64,000 nucleotides of DNA from Podarcis bocagei (GCA_964188305.1 OZ076888.1); one strand, 5' to 3'; numbered from the stretch's first letter, positions 42,629-55,333 are shown. Numbers and translations: made by a program. The notes: generated by a model not told the origin, from the letters alone.

Positions 42629-43961
42629 ATTCATTATCCATAGGGCAGTGATGGAATTGTGATTGTAGCATCATGGATTTGGTTTCCATTTTGCACATAT
42701 TACATTGCATACTGGGGATTTAATGCCCATAGAATACTAATATTCCTACAAAATAATAGTAAGCCATTTTTATGTGATATGACATAACATTTTGATGTAT
42801 AGCCAAAGGATGTAATGTTATGGGCCTGCGGTATGTTGAACTTTGTGATAATAAGTTCAGAACCGCTGGAATACAGTATAAAGAAAATAGCATTGTCCAG
42901 CAGATGGCACTCTTTGTATAAAATTTCTAAATTCTTATTCCTAGCTACTAGGAAGTAACAAAATATTGCGGGACCAGAATTTATGTGAGGCTTTCTCTCA
43001 TTTTTAAATAAACAGTTATTCCACCAGAGCTAAACATGTTTTTAAAAATGACACAGAAAAGAGGCAAGACTCATTCTTGAACTGTGACCCAAAGTGTTTA
43101 GATTCAGCTGGAAGTAGTAACCAAAGGAATCAGTATCAATCAAAAATGCTCAAGTGTGTGGCGAGAAAGCCTGTCATAATCCCCTATCTTGGAGATAGCC
43201 AGTGAAATTGACTATTGCACTTCAGGAGCATAGCTAACAGGAGGCATTTGTTACTACTATTTTAAATGACTGCATCAGAACAGTAATGTAAGATTTAACA
43301 ACAACCATTAGCTGAAATAGCCTAACCCACCTCACAGGGTTGTTGTGAGGCTAAAATTGGGAGGGGAGAATCATGTACACCACCTTAAGCTCATTGGAGA
43401 AAAGGACAGTAGATAAATTTAATAATAATAATAAAAATCTTCTGCATTCAAGGGGAACCCTCTAGCCACCAAAAATGGTGGGAGAGCTCTCAGCACTGCT
43501 TCCAGATGCAGGCTGGTCTCTGCTGAAGGCAGGATGCTGTGCTTTAGCTGGGTCACATACAGAATTTTTATAGGTCTAGCAATGACTCAAACACAGTAAG
43601 CTGTTAACAGAAAGAGTGGATTCCTAGCTGGGGCCAAGCAGGGTGAGTTTTCTTCTCCATCGTGGTCTGCTTTTGGGCTTGCTTGCAATACCTGTATGGC
43701 TACCATTCCAAGTGTACCAAGTTGACATTTGGTTTGCTACAGCACAAATACTGCTACTGAGAATCCATGCATAGTTTCATGGTTAGAACTCTTGATTAGG
43801 TTCCATCACTTATCTGGGTAGTCATGCAACTCAGAGGGTAGAAGAGCATATATCCAGACATGGAATATTTGGTCCTCCATGCAAAATACCTGCTTCATAA
43901 ATATCACCGCACCTGAAGCAATTACATATTTCTGCCCAATGTGCCCATATTCCTTTTCATG

Positions 43962-44170
43962 GGTAAAAGGTAAAGGTAAATGACCCCTGGACAGTTAAGT
44001 CCAGTCAAAGGCAAATATAGGGTTGCAGCGCTCATCTCGCTTCAGGCCGAGGGTGCTGACGTTTCTCCACAGACAGCTTTCCGGGTCATGTGGCCAGCAA
44101 GACTAAACCGCTTCTGGCGCAACAGAACATAATGATCGAAGCCAGAGTACACGGAAATGCTGTTTGCCTT
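43962..44170 (-). mobile_element. Sauria SINE, 3' part, diverged
   Basis: GGTAAAGG tail and TTCCGGGTCATGTGGCCAGC core. Confidence 0.8.
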
Positions 44171-44193
44171 TTATAATGTGGTAGATGAGAATA

Positions 44194-44528
44194 GGTAAAG
44201 GTAAAGGGACCCCTGACCGTTAGGTCCAGTCGTGGCCAACTCTGGGGTTGCGGCGCTCATCTCGCTTTATTGGCTGAGGGAGCCGGCATACAGCTTCCGG
44301 GTCATGTGGCCAGCATGATTAAGCCGCTTCTGGTGAACCAGAGCAGTGCACGGAAATGCTGTTTACCTTCCCGCTGGAGTGGTACCTATTTATCTACTTG
44401 CACTTTGACTTGCTTTCAAACTGCTAGGTGGGCAGGAGCAGGGACCGAGCAACGGGATTCGAACCGCCGACCTTCTGATCAGCAAGTCCTAGGCTTTGTG
44501 GTTTAATTCACAGCGCTACCCGTGTCCC
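44194..44528 (-). mobile_element. Sauria SINE
   Basis: 15-bp TSD TGGTAGATGAGAATA (44179-93, 44530-44). Confidence 0.93.
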
Positions 44529-44876
44529 TTGGTAGATGAGAATACAAATGCTTGATTCCATAGTGCCTGCCCCCAAGCTCTCACTAGAGTTATAGGAACT
44601 GAACCTTAGTACTGCAGCTTCCAAGATCTGAAAGAGGTGGTATTCAAGAAAAAGATGCACCCCTTACTTCCTTGGCAATACTTGGAACTGTAATAACTGG
44701 CTAGGTAGTATAGTCTCTGTATTGTTTCTAGGCCAGGCAGAAGTCCTTCACCTCAGCTTGCTTAAAGATGCAAATGGCTTCCTCAATGAGTTAGCAACTG
44801 CAACAGCGTCACCCCCTGCCTGCTCAAGGAACATATGGGGAACCCAAAGTCCACCAGGTATTACTGAACTACAATT

Positions 44877-45321
44877 CAAACTGGAACGTGTCCAGAGGAG
44901 GGCAACCAAAATGGTCAAAGGCCTGGAAACGATGCTTTATGAGGAACGGCTAAGGGAGCTGGGCATGTTTAGCCTGGAGAAGAGGTTAAGGGGTGATATG
45001 ATAGCAATGTTCAAATATATAAAAGGATGTCATATAGAGGGAGAAAGGTTGTTTTCTGCTGTTCCAGAGAAGCGGACACGGAGCAATGGATCCAAACTAC
45101 AAGAAATAAGATTCCACCTAAACATCAGGAAGAACTTCCTGACAGTAAGAGCTGTTTGACAGTGGAATTTGCTGCCAAGGAGTGTGGTGGAGTCTCCTAC
45201 TTTGGAGGTCTTTAAGCAGAGGCTTGACAACCATATGTCAGGAGTGCTCTGATGGTGTTTCCTGCTTGGCAGGGGGTTGGACTCGATGGCCCTTGTGGTC
45301 TCTTCCAACTCTATGATTCTA
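44877..45321 (+). mobile_element. CR1 LINE 3' fragment (~445 bp)
   Basis: [17 protein letters not shown]...; near-identical to the inverted copy at 32709-33158. Confidence 0.95.
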
Positions 45322-45638
45322 ATTCCCATCATCCCTGCTCACTGGTTATGCAGGTGGGACTCCACAGCTTCCTTTTATAAACTTAATTGCTTCCAATGCT
45401 TACTGCTTTGAAAGGAAGTGTATCTCAATGAGAAAATATATCACCACAGGTTCTATGCCTGGCCTCTCTGATTAAAAGGAACTCAATTCATAGGATTGAG
45501 AGACTGCTGTTAAAAGGTGGTCTTGGAATTTTACTGCAAGTCAGAGGTGATTCTGGGCTAGATGGACCCGTGGTCTGACTCAATATTCATCAGCTTTATG
45601 TGTTCAAACAAGTAAGATTCAAAACTGACCCAAAACTT

Positions 45639-45644
45639 TTTATT
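45639..45644 (-). terminator. Candidate NRBF2 poly(A) signal AATAAA
   Basis: TTTATT on the + strand ~735 nt past the NRBF2 stop, followed by a U/GU-rich tract on the - strand. Confidence 0.6.
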
Positions 45645-46377
45645 TTCAGTCAAGTTCTGGCAACTGCCGTTACTTCCATTCATGCATCAAGGATTCTTCT
45701 TCGTTGTATTTTGTTTAAAACGATGCCTACTAGTTTCATATACAGAACACGCACATTATTAAGCACCCTGATTATGTAAACAAATCAAAATTTCAATAGA
45801 ACTAAAATTTGGTTCCTTAAAATAAAAAAAAGTAGTAGTAGTAAATTTAGCATCTCTCCTGATTGGCTGATAAAGCATTTTTAAGTCAGGAGTGCGAAGT
45901 GTGGCACGTAGATCCATACTGTGGAGGAACAGAAGCAACATCCAATCTATTGACCTGGTTTGCATAATTAAATTAATTGAATGCATGATAGAAACTTTTT
46001 TCCCCACTGCCAAAATGGTCACACTCTGGCCCACACCACTTAGGTTTTGCATTATTTTATGGCATTAAAGAGACATGTTACATATCGCATACTCAAGACC
46101 CCTGCAGGATCAAGTTGCTTGAAAGTCTCCCCTCAGTCATTTGGCTTGAAGGTGGGGAGGAAGAGAGAGCTTAGCTTTTACCAACGATGGTAAACAGTCA
46201 GCCCTGTTTAACCGATCCAATAGCATGCATATTTTTCACAGTGACAAAGTCACTAAGATATTCTCCTTCAGTAGGGTTGTAGTTGGTGTTTTGTACCTGT
46301 GAATCACAACTGTACTGGTGGGTTTCCCTTTTTTGGATTTTGCTGAGCTACAGGTGAACATAGATTGTGGTCTCTAC

Positions 46378-47082
46378 TTAGCTGTTCATCAGTCCTTTCA
46401 GTATATCCTCCGAGAGCTCCAATAGAGGGAGCTCGGGGGATGGAATGTCCAGAGGCGGAAGGCTGGGTATCGGAATGTCCTTGGCCTTACCGGCATTCGT
46501 TGTAAATTTCTGCCAAGTTGAGGCTGACGCGGCAGCAGTTTCCGAATGCTGCTGCAGACCCCACAGCTCTGACTTCTCTACAAAGTCGGCATCGACATCT
46601 AGCTCCTTTTCTAGGGGGGATTTCAGGAGTCTGGCCCGCTCAGCTTTTAGCTGCTTGTTCTCTCGCTTCAACCTCTCGTTTTCAGCTAAGAGAAAGTCCA
46701 CATGCCGTTCTAGAACGGCGATTTTGGTGGCCTGCTCCTCAATTTTTGTCTTGTCGTCCTTTGGGGTTTTGCTTCCGACACACACTTCCAGTGGCTCCTT
46801 TCTTTTCTGAAACAGGAACAGTAGCGTGTCGGGGTCCCTATCCAAGACACCGTGGATTGCCTGTGCATCCTTCTCTGGGGAGGGGCTGTACTTCAGGCTA
46901 GCGGGAGCTGCCACATTTTGGTCATCAAATTCCTCAGCTGACGGCTTCGACGAAGCACTATCCTTGTCCACAGTCTGCTGTGTCTTTAGCCTCTCTTCTC
47001 TTTTTGCTCTTTTCCATCGCTCTTGGATAAGTAGAATCTGTTTCAGGTGGCTCTCCCTTTGTAATTCCAATGATAACTGGGC
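46378..47082 (-). CDS. NRBF2: NRBF2 exon 4
   Basis: ttcacag|[15 protein letters not shown]...DILKGLMNS*. Confidence 0.96.
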   Translation of the reverse strand, partial: AQLSLELQRESHLKQILLIQERWKRAKREERLKTQQTVDKDSASSKPSAEEFDDQNVAAPASLKYSPSPEKDAQAIHGVLDRDPDTLLFLFQKRKEPLEVCVGSKTPKDDKTKIEEQATKIAVLERHVDFLLAENERLKRENKQLKAERARLLKSPLEKELDVDADFVEKSELWGLQQHSETAAASASTWQKFTTNAGKAKDIPIPSLPPLDIPSPELPLLELSEDILKGLMNS

Positions 47083-50000
47083 CTGTGAAAAAGACAAAAA
47101 CAAGGGATGAGTTTCTCACCATTAGAGCCACCCTTAATTAGCCTTGGATATAACAAGAGAAATAAGGTTGGTCGAATATCGTCCAATGGTGGTAAAGTGT
47201 TTTTAAAGCATTAACTTCATTAGAGAAACCGTATTAAACATCATTTATGGCACTACATAGATTCTGGTCCTGGAAGGCATATGCACAGTGCAATCAACTC
47301 CAACGAAGCTATTATAGCTTGAAAGCAATTGTCAGCTATTTTTTACAAACATTTCCTAACATTTTAAACAAAATAATATCAGTAATTCCACAAATCATCT
47401 TCTAATGCCAACTATTTTTTAGAAACCTGGCCAGTGAAGGATACAGAAGTGAAACAGCATCTGCATCCTCTTATCACACATCTCTCCCCAACCATTTCTT
47501 GCCTTTTCAGAATGTAAGCTGGGGGTGGGGTGGGGTGTCCTAGTCAATTTTATGGGTATAGAGATAATGACTCACTACTAGACTCGCTCACTGTAATTTG
47601 GAGTGCAATCTCACCTGATCCGATTGTGTCAGCTTCATGGCCTCCAAGAGATATGCTGAATAAGCCACAAAATGAGAAATGTTTAGGTCACAGAGAAGTC
47701 ACATTAAGTTTAGGTACAATGATCGCTTCACAGACATTATCCAGATATGTACACTGTGATCCCACTAAGTGTGCCTATGACCGTAAATCTACTGCAATAT
47801 TGACGAAGACAATATTGACAAACACCCCCCCACACACACACACAAAAGGGGTTGTATCAAGGAACAAGTGATTGGAGAAACATTTTCTTGCAAACAGACC
47901 TCTTAAAGCTAACATGAACTGCAGTTTGGCAGCCAATGCCCAGTTTTGGCAGTCACTTAGCCACCATGTAAGAGGCTCCACTGCTCTAACGTGGGATATT
48001 CAAGAGAGATAATTGCATTACAGTGGTGCCTCGCAAGACGAAAAGAATCCGTTCTGTGATGCTCTTCGTCTAGCGGTTTTTTCGTCTTGCGAAGCAAGCC
48101 CATTGACGGATTAGCGGATTAGCGCTATTAGCGGCTTATCTGCTGATCGGATCAGCTGATAAGCGGCTTAGTGGCTTAGAAAAAGGGGGGGGGGAGAAAC
48201 CAGCAGGAACTCGCAAGACATTGTCGTCTTGCGAAGCAAGCCCATAGGAAATTCGTTTTGCGAAGCACCTCCAAAACGGAAAACTCTTTTGTCTAGCGAG
48301 TTTTCCGTCTTGCGAGGCATTCGTCTTGCGGGGCACCACTGTATGTCTTTGGCTACTGATTTTCTACAACCACCTTGATCTTTATGTATTTTAGTTCCCC
48401 GTGCACATGTAGGCAATTAACTTTTCTTCCATATAAGGCTTACACCAACTCTCAAGACAACAAACTTCTGCCCCAGTCAGGACAATCACGCCTGGCTTAA
48501 CACACACTTGCACTTGCTTTGGCGCTGAATAGATGATTGCTACTCAGGCGTACTTCGAGGACAGTGTTTTCACACAAGCCATACAATGCTCTTTTTGTTG
48601 AATATGCACCTGCTGCCTTTTTGTGACAAGAAATTGCTTCTTCGTACTTCCCCGCTGTCAGCAAACGGTCAGCTTTCCTGCTCTGCTGATGAGCCTTCAA
48701 AAGAAAAAGAAACTTTTTAATTATTGGAATTTTTTACTATTATTTAAGCATCTCGTTACTTCAAACTTTTGCATGAAACAGACATGTAGATACACAAAAG
48801 GCAGGGAATGCAACAGAAACGTCAGCTGCCTCAGGTTCTGTGCACCTCAGTACAGAATTATCATAAAGCTTGATTGCTTAGGTCAAGTTTGCCTCTGTGA
48901 TAGCCTTAGGTATTTTCACACCTGCATGCATAACAACAGTGCTCATGTACACACACACTGGATTGCAGTTCATGTATTTTAAAAAATGTTAGACAGTGAG
49001 CAAATGAAAATGGTGTGTCTGGCCTCATTTAGACATAGGGTGTGTGTATTGCATCTGACTGCCACATGCAGTTTGAGCCCTGAAGTGAATTATTAGCTGC
49101 AGCTTCCTCTTCCTTCATCTGATTCTTCCTCTTTCACATTTCTAAGCTAAGAATTAATAATCGCCTAGGGGGTAATAAAAAGGCACTAAGGTTCAGTGGA
49201 AAGGGCTACATACTGAGCAACTCTGAGGAATGCAGCTCTGACCAATAGCACACCAGCTATTTCTCCAGTAACAATCAAATAGTGCAGTTATAAGGGGGAA
49301 ATACAGCCAATTTAAACATACATTTCTGCTTGAAAAATACAAAAATTACTAATTATATGTATAGTCAGTCACAGGCATGATTTAATTACAAAACACTTCA
49401 GTGTTACTACAGCCTGACCCTTTCTTTTTCTGAGGAAAGAGAAGTGCAAGACAAGTGAATGTATTTGTTGATCAGTGAATGCTAAGACCCTTTGTGAGAT
49501 GCACATTTTAATGTCATGGTAGCTAGAGGAATCAATTTGAGTCTCAAGAAAGACAGGCTGCTATGGGAACAGAAAACATCAGCATGTAACTTTGTCAGAA
49601 GAGAAACAGGAGATATTGAATTGAATTTATTATTTTGGTCATAGAACAGTTCCAGCAACAGGAGATATTATTCTTAGGTGGGTTTTTTGTGGTTTGATTT
49701 TTATTTATTTTTTAGAGGCAGGCCCTGAATACAGTTTGTGCAGCTGTTCTGTCCCTCTCCTTGCCACATACGGTGTTAGGGAATTTCTGGCAGCAAACAC
49801 AGGAGTTGATGTTGGCAGATTCCAGCAGCAGAAAGTACCTGGCTCTCCTTCACAACCAAGCAGACATCCCAGTCAAAGCACACTGAGACAGCTGCTCTGC
49901 AACAGGTACGAGAAGAACTAAAAAAATAGAGTAGAAAGAACAGTAACTGACACTTTGCAAGAAAAAAATTGATGATTTCCTTTGAAATCATGCTGCCAAG

Positions 50001-53000
50001 GACTACAAAGTTTGATGATGTGGTGAGACAAGCTAGCAGATTTACAACAGGGATAAAATGAATATCAGATAATGGATGCTGTTTAGTAGCAGCATGCTAT
50101 TGCTGACAAAAAATACATAAGATGTGGAAGAGATCATGGATGTCCTTTAGTTAATAGATTGCACCTAGATTGTGAATATATTGAGTTTATGTGAGGTATG
50201 CATTTACTGTTCTTGGCCTATTCTTACAAAATATATAAACAGAAGAATTATTTTGGTTGGGATGCAACTAAGTTTTACTCAGAGTAGCCCACTGGCCTTG
50301 CTGGCTTGGGCTGATGGGATTTGGGAGCCAAACAACCTCTGGAAGGCCACAGGTTCCCCCTGGCTTAGTCCTTGTTGCTTTGTTCCTAGGCTCACTGTTC
50401 CTCCTCAAGAGCATGGTGTTTCCAAAATAATCCAGACCCATCCAGGACAACCCCAAGACTCTCAGTGTTCCAAAGATTGCCTGAAATGTGCTAGGCTGCT
50501 CGTAGTCTAGCACATCACATGCCAAGACTGCATTCTGCAAAGAAGTAGTGTTACTGAACCACCTTGTACTCTCATGACATGTTGGAACCATTTACTCATG
50601 CAGAAGGATTTCCTATTCAACACCCCTACAAATGGCTGAGGAAAAAAGAATGTGAATGGTAGTTTTACCACGTCAAAAATATGAAATAGTGCCACATTTT
50701 GACTCCACATATGAGGGATTACATGCCTGTAAAACCCCATGTCTTGGGATGGTCCAATCTATGCTGTGAACCACCCTGAGATCTGTGGATGAAGGACAGT
50801 ATACTACTACTACTAATAATAATAATAATAATACCAACCGAAAGAAGCTGGCTGGCTTAAAACTATGCCCTACCCACTGGCCCTCTAGCTGCCCAAGCAA
50901 ACAATAAACTTTGCATTTGCCACTTTGGTCACCTGAGCTTCAGTTGAGTCACATAACGCTTTGTGTTTGCCAAACTTGTTTTCTGTTTTGAAGGAACTTT
51001 GTTATTGCATGCCTCTTTCCATGAATCATGTGTTGCTGCCCTCATTGCGTCATCACATCCTGATTCTGTTTAGATAGCAAACTCTTCATGATTTGGACAA
51101 TGGGTTGCACTTTAACCTGGCTCTTGACTTTGCCCTTAGATAGATGCCCTCTTTCTGCATGATTCAAAAATAACTTGTGGTCTTGTAGTTCTTTTGTGAC
51201 TCTTTTGTGACTTATTCATACAAATTGTGGCTAAATATTTATGCTTCTTTAATCTCGCAAGCTTTTTAGATATGGTGCTAAAGCAAAGGAAAGAGAAATG
51301 CCACAATTTGTACTGATTACCATAGAACTGAATGGAGGGAAGCAATTTTATTGCTCCTTCATGTTATTACTACTTTTCCTTGACAAGCTACCACCTATTT
51401 TAGTCCACATCTTCTTAAACCTAAAAAGAGACACTGAACTCTGCCGATTGCATATGGTTTCGCTGGTCTACAGCCAAAGTTGTAGTTGGACTGAAGCCCA
51501 AGTATTTTGTGAAGCTTCTGAAGCAAGCATACTTAAATCAGCACTAGATGGCAACTGGCTCCATCTATCACAGCGGGCTCACATATAAAGCAAATGTGTT
51601 TTGCATTCCTGGCCATGCTGTCAAATTTGCTGACAGTTTAATAACCCTTCCAAGCCAGCAACATTTTGTTGTAAGCCCAATAAAACTACTCAGTACTAGT
51701 GGGCATCCAGATGTAATCTATTACTTCTAACAGTCGGTTCTATTTATTTCCTCTAGGCACTGAACCTGAGGGCCGCATTGCACACAACTTTCATACTAAT
51801 GTAGGAGAAACTTATATCTATGTACACTGTAATGTGTGAAGACTGTACTCATCTATTTAACAATAGACAATACACACCAGCCTGCTTAAGCCCAATGAAC
51901 TGATTTGTGGATTCTGTAAGATTTGAATGGGGGACTTTTAGCTTATAGCCACTATACTATACCAGTGCAGTAAGAATCACCCAGGACACGGGTGGCGCTG
52001 TGGTTTAAACCACTATGCCGCTTGGACTTGCCAATTGGAAGGTCGGTGGTTCGAGGCCCCGCAACAGGGTGAGATCCCGTTGCTCAGTCCCAGCTCCTGC
52101 CAACCTAGCAGTTCAAAAGCATGTCAAAGTGCAAGTAGATAAATAGGTACTGCTCTGGCAGGAAGGTAAATGGCGTTTCCGTGTGCTGCTCTGGTTTCGC
52201 CAGAAGCGGCTTAGTTATGCTGGCCACATGACCCGGAAAAACAGTCTGTGGCAGCGGACAAACGCCGGCTCCTGCGGCCTGTAAAGTGAGATGAGGGCCA
52301 CAACCCCAGAGTCGTTCGCAACTGGACTTAACTGTCAGGGGTCTCTTTACCTTTAATAATCATACAAATTCTGAATTGCATGTGGTACAGATTTTCTAAA
52401 CACAGTATTTTGACTTTTCAGCAATGCTGATCAAATACCAACCATGTAACAAAGGGAGAAGAGCTGCTTCACACCTAATTGTTTTTCATACAGAGATGTA
52501 GGAAAGGTATTAGGATACACTTCTGTAAAGACAACTGCCACACATTTTGCTGTGTGGTACATGAAGTAGAGTTCAATTCAATGAATTAAAGCAAACTGTT
52601 CTCTCTGGTGTTTTCTATTTCTATTCAGTGTCCAGCACACAAAAAGATGGTTGATAAATAGTGGCAAAGGTGACCATCTCTTCACCTCTATAACGAGCAG
52701 ATAAACAAATCTGATCTCTTTTGACAGGGCTGTTGCAAAGGTAACACAGGTGACTCAGCTTACGTGGGGGTTACTTTCCGGAGGTGGCGCCTAAAGCAAA
52801 ATTATGTATGGTCTAAACACAATGGGTTCAATGGTAGGTGGGAATTCTAAAGTTTTTTCCCCAGTCCCCTTTCCATTATTTTTATTTTAATTTGCCAAGC
52901 ACATAAAGCTGAATGCAAACTAGTTAAATTCACATTAGTTGTGAGTTACCTGTACATGTGGAGCATTTTAAATGCTCAAAAGCATCTTTTAAGTATTTGT

Positions 53001-54501
53001 GTACACCTATATTCATCCACAGATGGTGCATCTTACTACGCACCAGGACTAAACCTGGCCTTCTGAAAGCACTGCCTCCTCGCAGTTGCCAACCAAAAAA
53101 GCAACTGTGTCTAAGGCAAGGTTACCAGATGTCCCCATTTCCCCGGGACAGTCCCCGGATTTACAAATCAGTCCCCATACAAAATCCATTGAAGTTGAAA
53201 AGCGTCCCCAGATTCATTGAAAACAATCTGGTAACCTTTGGCTAAACTCAACAGCAGGGAACTTCAGGAGGGTTGGGATTTTAGCCCATTGCAAATCCTT
53301 CTTAAAGTAGTCTAGTAAAATCTGGTCCAACTGGATCAGCACTGCAAGGGTACCTTTAACATAGCAGATGGTTCCCACAAGCCCTTGCCCATTATTTGCC
53401 CACAGCATCTATCTAGTATTCAGTACTTCTGAACACATCTATTTAACTATGATGTCTAAATTAGCTACTGACTACAAAAAGGTGTGTACATGAAACCTGG
53501 ATTTCCTACAAATCAACCTGCAGGAACCTGAGGCCCTCCAGATGCTGTGGCTCCAACTGCATTAACTCCTTACCACTGAACATGCTGGCTGGGGCTGAGA
53601 GGAGATACAATCTAACAACTTATGGAGAGCCACAGGTTCCTCATCCCTTGTTTGGAAGAATAGAAGTTTCATACAAATGGGTAAGAATATAAGTTTCATA
53701 CAGACATTGACCTGGAATAGCTCAGTCATAGAATCACAAAACTGTAGAGTTGGGAGGGACCTGAAGGTCATCCAGCCCGACACCCTGCAATGCAAGAATT
53801 TTGACCCATGGGGGGGCCATCCATTTTGAAGCCATACTGGACCCCGGTTGGCTTTGCAAATGTGCTAGCAGTTTTATTGCTGCACCAGTTGGTAGAGTAC
53901 CGCCGTCTTAATCTCAGGGTCGTGGGTTCGAGTCCCACGTCAGGCGAACAATTCCTGCACTGCTGGGGGGGGGGGGGCTGGACAAGATGACCTGCATGGT
54001 CCCTTCCACCAACCCAATGAGCCTATGATTAGTAAGGCATAAGTAGGCGAAGGCCCTCTTTGGAGTAATTCCCTGCACTCAGCGGCTAATAGAACCACGT
54101 AACAGGAAGTCCTCAGCGTCAGCTCTCGCTTGTCCAGAGAGGGCCAGGAATGCGCCTCCTTCGACCCTTTCCACCCCCGAAATGGGGTGTGTGGGGTGTT
54201 GTAGTTATTGTTGTTGTTGTTGTTATTATCATTACTAGGTGTTGACATTATTAATTATTATTGCTATTATTATTAGCAGCCTAACTTACAGGGTTGGTGG
54301 TTACTTTTACCACACGGTGACATCCATAAAGGGTCGGACACACTGCCTCCCCGCCCCCCCCCCCGCCCCGGTTATCTATCCTTCGCCCGTCCGGCCCGCC
54401 AGGAAGCGCGAATCCGGCCGGCCACGTCAGCTCGCCAGCGCGGAGCCCACACTCCGCCCGGCGCCACTCACCAGGTTGAGCGGGCCCTCCATCACCTCCA
54501 T
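46378..54501 (-). CDS. NRBF2: NRBF2 (nuclear receptor binding factor 2; PI3KC3-C1/Atg38-like autophagy regulator), complete, 4 exons, 286 aa
   Basis: Exons of 30+85+41+705 nt = 861; [61 protein letters not shown] (MIT-like), coiled coil [11 protein letters not shown]..., C-terminus [13 protein letters not shown]. Confidence 0.97.
47615..47655 (-). CDS. NRBF2: NRBF2 exon 3 (41 bp)
   Basis: ttcag|[14 protein letters not shown]|gtgaga. Confidence 0.94.
48021..48341. mobile_element. Tc1/mariner MITE (same TIRs as 37151)
   Basis: TA TSDs; TIR CAGTGGTGCCTCGCAAGACGAA. Confidence 0.92.
48610..48694 (-). CDS. NRBF2: NRBF2 exon 2 (85 bp)
   Basis: ttgaag|[28 protein letters not shown]|gtgcat. Confidence 0.95.
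51984..52355 (+). mobile_element. Sauria SINE
   Basis: GGACACGGGTGGCGCTGTGG head, B box GGTTCGAGGCCC, CTTTACCTTT tail. Confidence 0.92.
53117..53240. mobile_element. hAT (Tip100-like) MITE
   Basis: TIRs AGGTTACCAGAT / ATCTGGTAACCT; repeated GTCCCC subterminal motifs. Confidence 0.7.
53885..54030 (+). mobile_element. tRNA-Lys(CTT)-derived SINE with CR1-like tail
   Basis: CAGTTGGTAGAG...TCTTAATCTCAGGGTCGTGGGTTCGAGTCCCACG matches the tRNA-Lys-CTT 3' half; continues into GGACAAGATGACC...GGTCCCTTCC. Confidence 0.8.
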
Positions 54502-55100
54502 GGGCGGCTGAGGGCACATGGGCGCTGAGGCGGCCTCTTCGCCGCTCCGGCCCGAGCGCCCTTAGCGCGGCCCCGACGGCAACCAGCCCGCTTGTAAACA
54601 CCGCGACGCCGAGGCGCTTCCGCCCCGCCCGCCCGCAGTGACGTCAGCGCGCACCACGCCAGCAGGCGAGGCGGAGGCGAGGCCGCTTCACCACGCCCGG
54701 TCTCGCGCGCGGCCGCTAGTTCACGTCGTGACGCCCCGCGAGATGACCGGCCGTCTCCTTGGTAACCGGCGTCCAACGGCAACGGTTTTCCCTCACAAAG
54801 GAACCGCCGCCGGTCGGCGGCGGTAGCCGCCAAGGGCTGGGGCCGCTGACTCAGTGCTGCGACCTCCCGCCTCCGCTTTCCCCGCAGCGCCTCAAAACAC
54901 CCCGGCGGTTTCCACAGGCAGAAGGTTAGGCAGAAGCGAAGTTCGCCGATTCCAGGCCGCTCGTCCGTTGAGCTCGGTGTCGCCGCTCTGACTGGCACCC
55001 GCTGCCTCGAGCTGCCCGGGGTTGAGCCTGGTTCCTTCCTGTAGCTAATGCAAAACAAAAAACAAAAACCTCGCAACACGCTAAAAACTCGAGAGCAGGA
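54330..55100 (-). promoter_or_regulatory. CpG island promoter of NRBF2
   Basis: Abrupt high GC/CpG content; GC boxes at 54620-35; full CRE TGACGTCA at 54639-46; RFX X-box GTCTCCTTGGTAAC at 54753-66; forkhead motif GTAAACA at 54594-600. Confidence 0.9.
54472..54501 (-). CDS. NRBF2: NRBF2 exon 1 coding part
   Basis: [10 protein letters not shown]|gtgagt. Confidence 0.95.
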
Positions 55101-55333
55101 GAGAGAGAGCGCAGGCTGTACTTCTAGAGCTCCTTCCCTTCCCCAAGACGCCTGGGAAATGTAGTTTGTTAAAAGGTGCTGGGAACGGTAGCTCTGTGGG
55201 GAGTAAACGACAGTTTCCATGACTCTTGGGAGAGCGGGGAGAGTGCTTTGAATGCGCTTTATGTGCATTTATAGTAGCAGGTCATGTAGGAGGTCATCAA
55301 GATGTGAACTGTGAAACCAATACCACTGTAAAT

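Noticed and set aside
46445-47110. Plus-strand ORFs overlapping NRBF2 exon 4, and similar antisense ORFs over JMJD1C exons and the L1
   Set aside because: Shadow frames of real coding sequence
53885-53946. Functional tRNA-Lys(CTT) gene
   Set aside because: The acceptor-stem 5' strand is missing, the anticodon stem is disrupted, and the sequence runs into a CR1-like SINE tail with no oligo-T terminator
55152-55165. ZNF143/SBS-like motif ACTACATTTCCCAG near the promoter
   Set aside because: Sits in what looks like a short repeat; similar ACTACAA/TCCCA words occur in many MITE copies here, so it is not specific evidence
54492-55268. 258-aa minus-strand ORF over the NRBF2 promoter
   Set aside because: Arg/Ala/Gly-rich product expected from a GC-rich CpG island; out of frame with NRBF2; begins in repeat-like DNA
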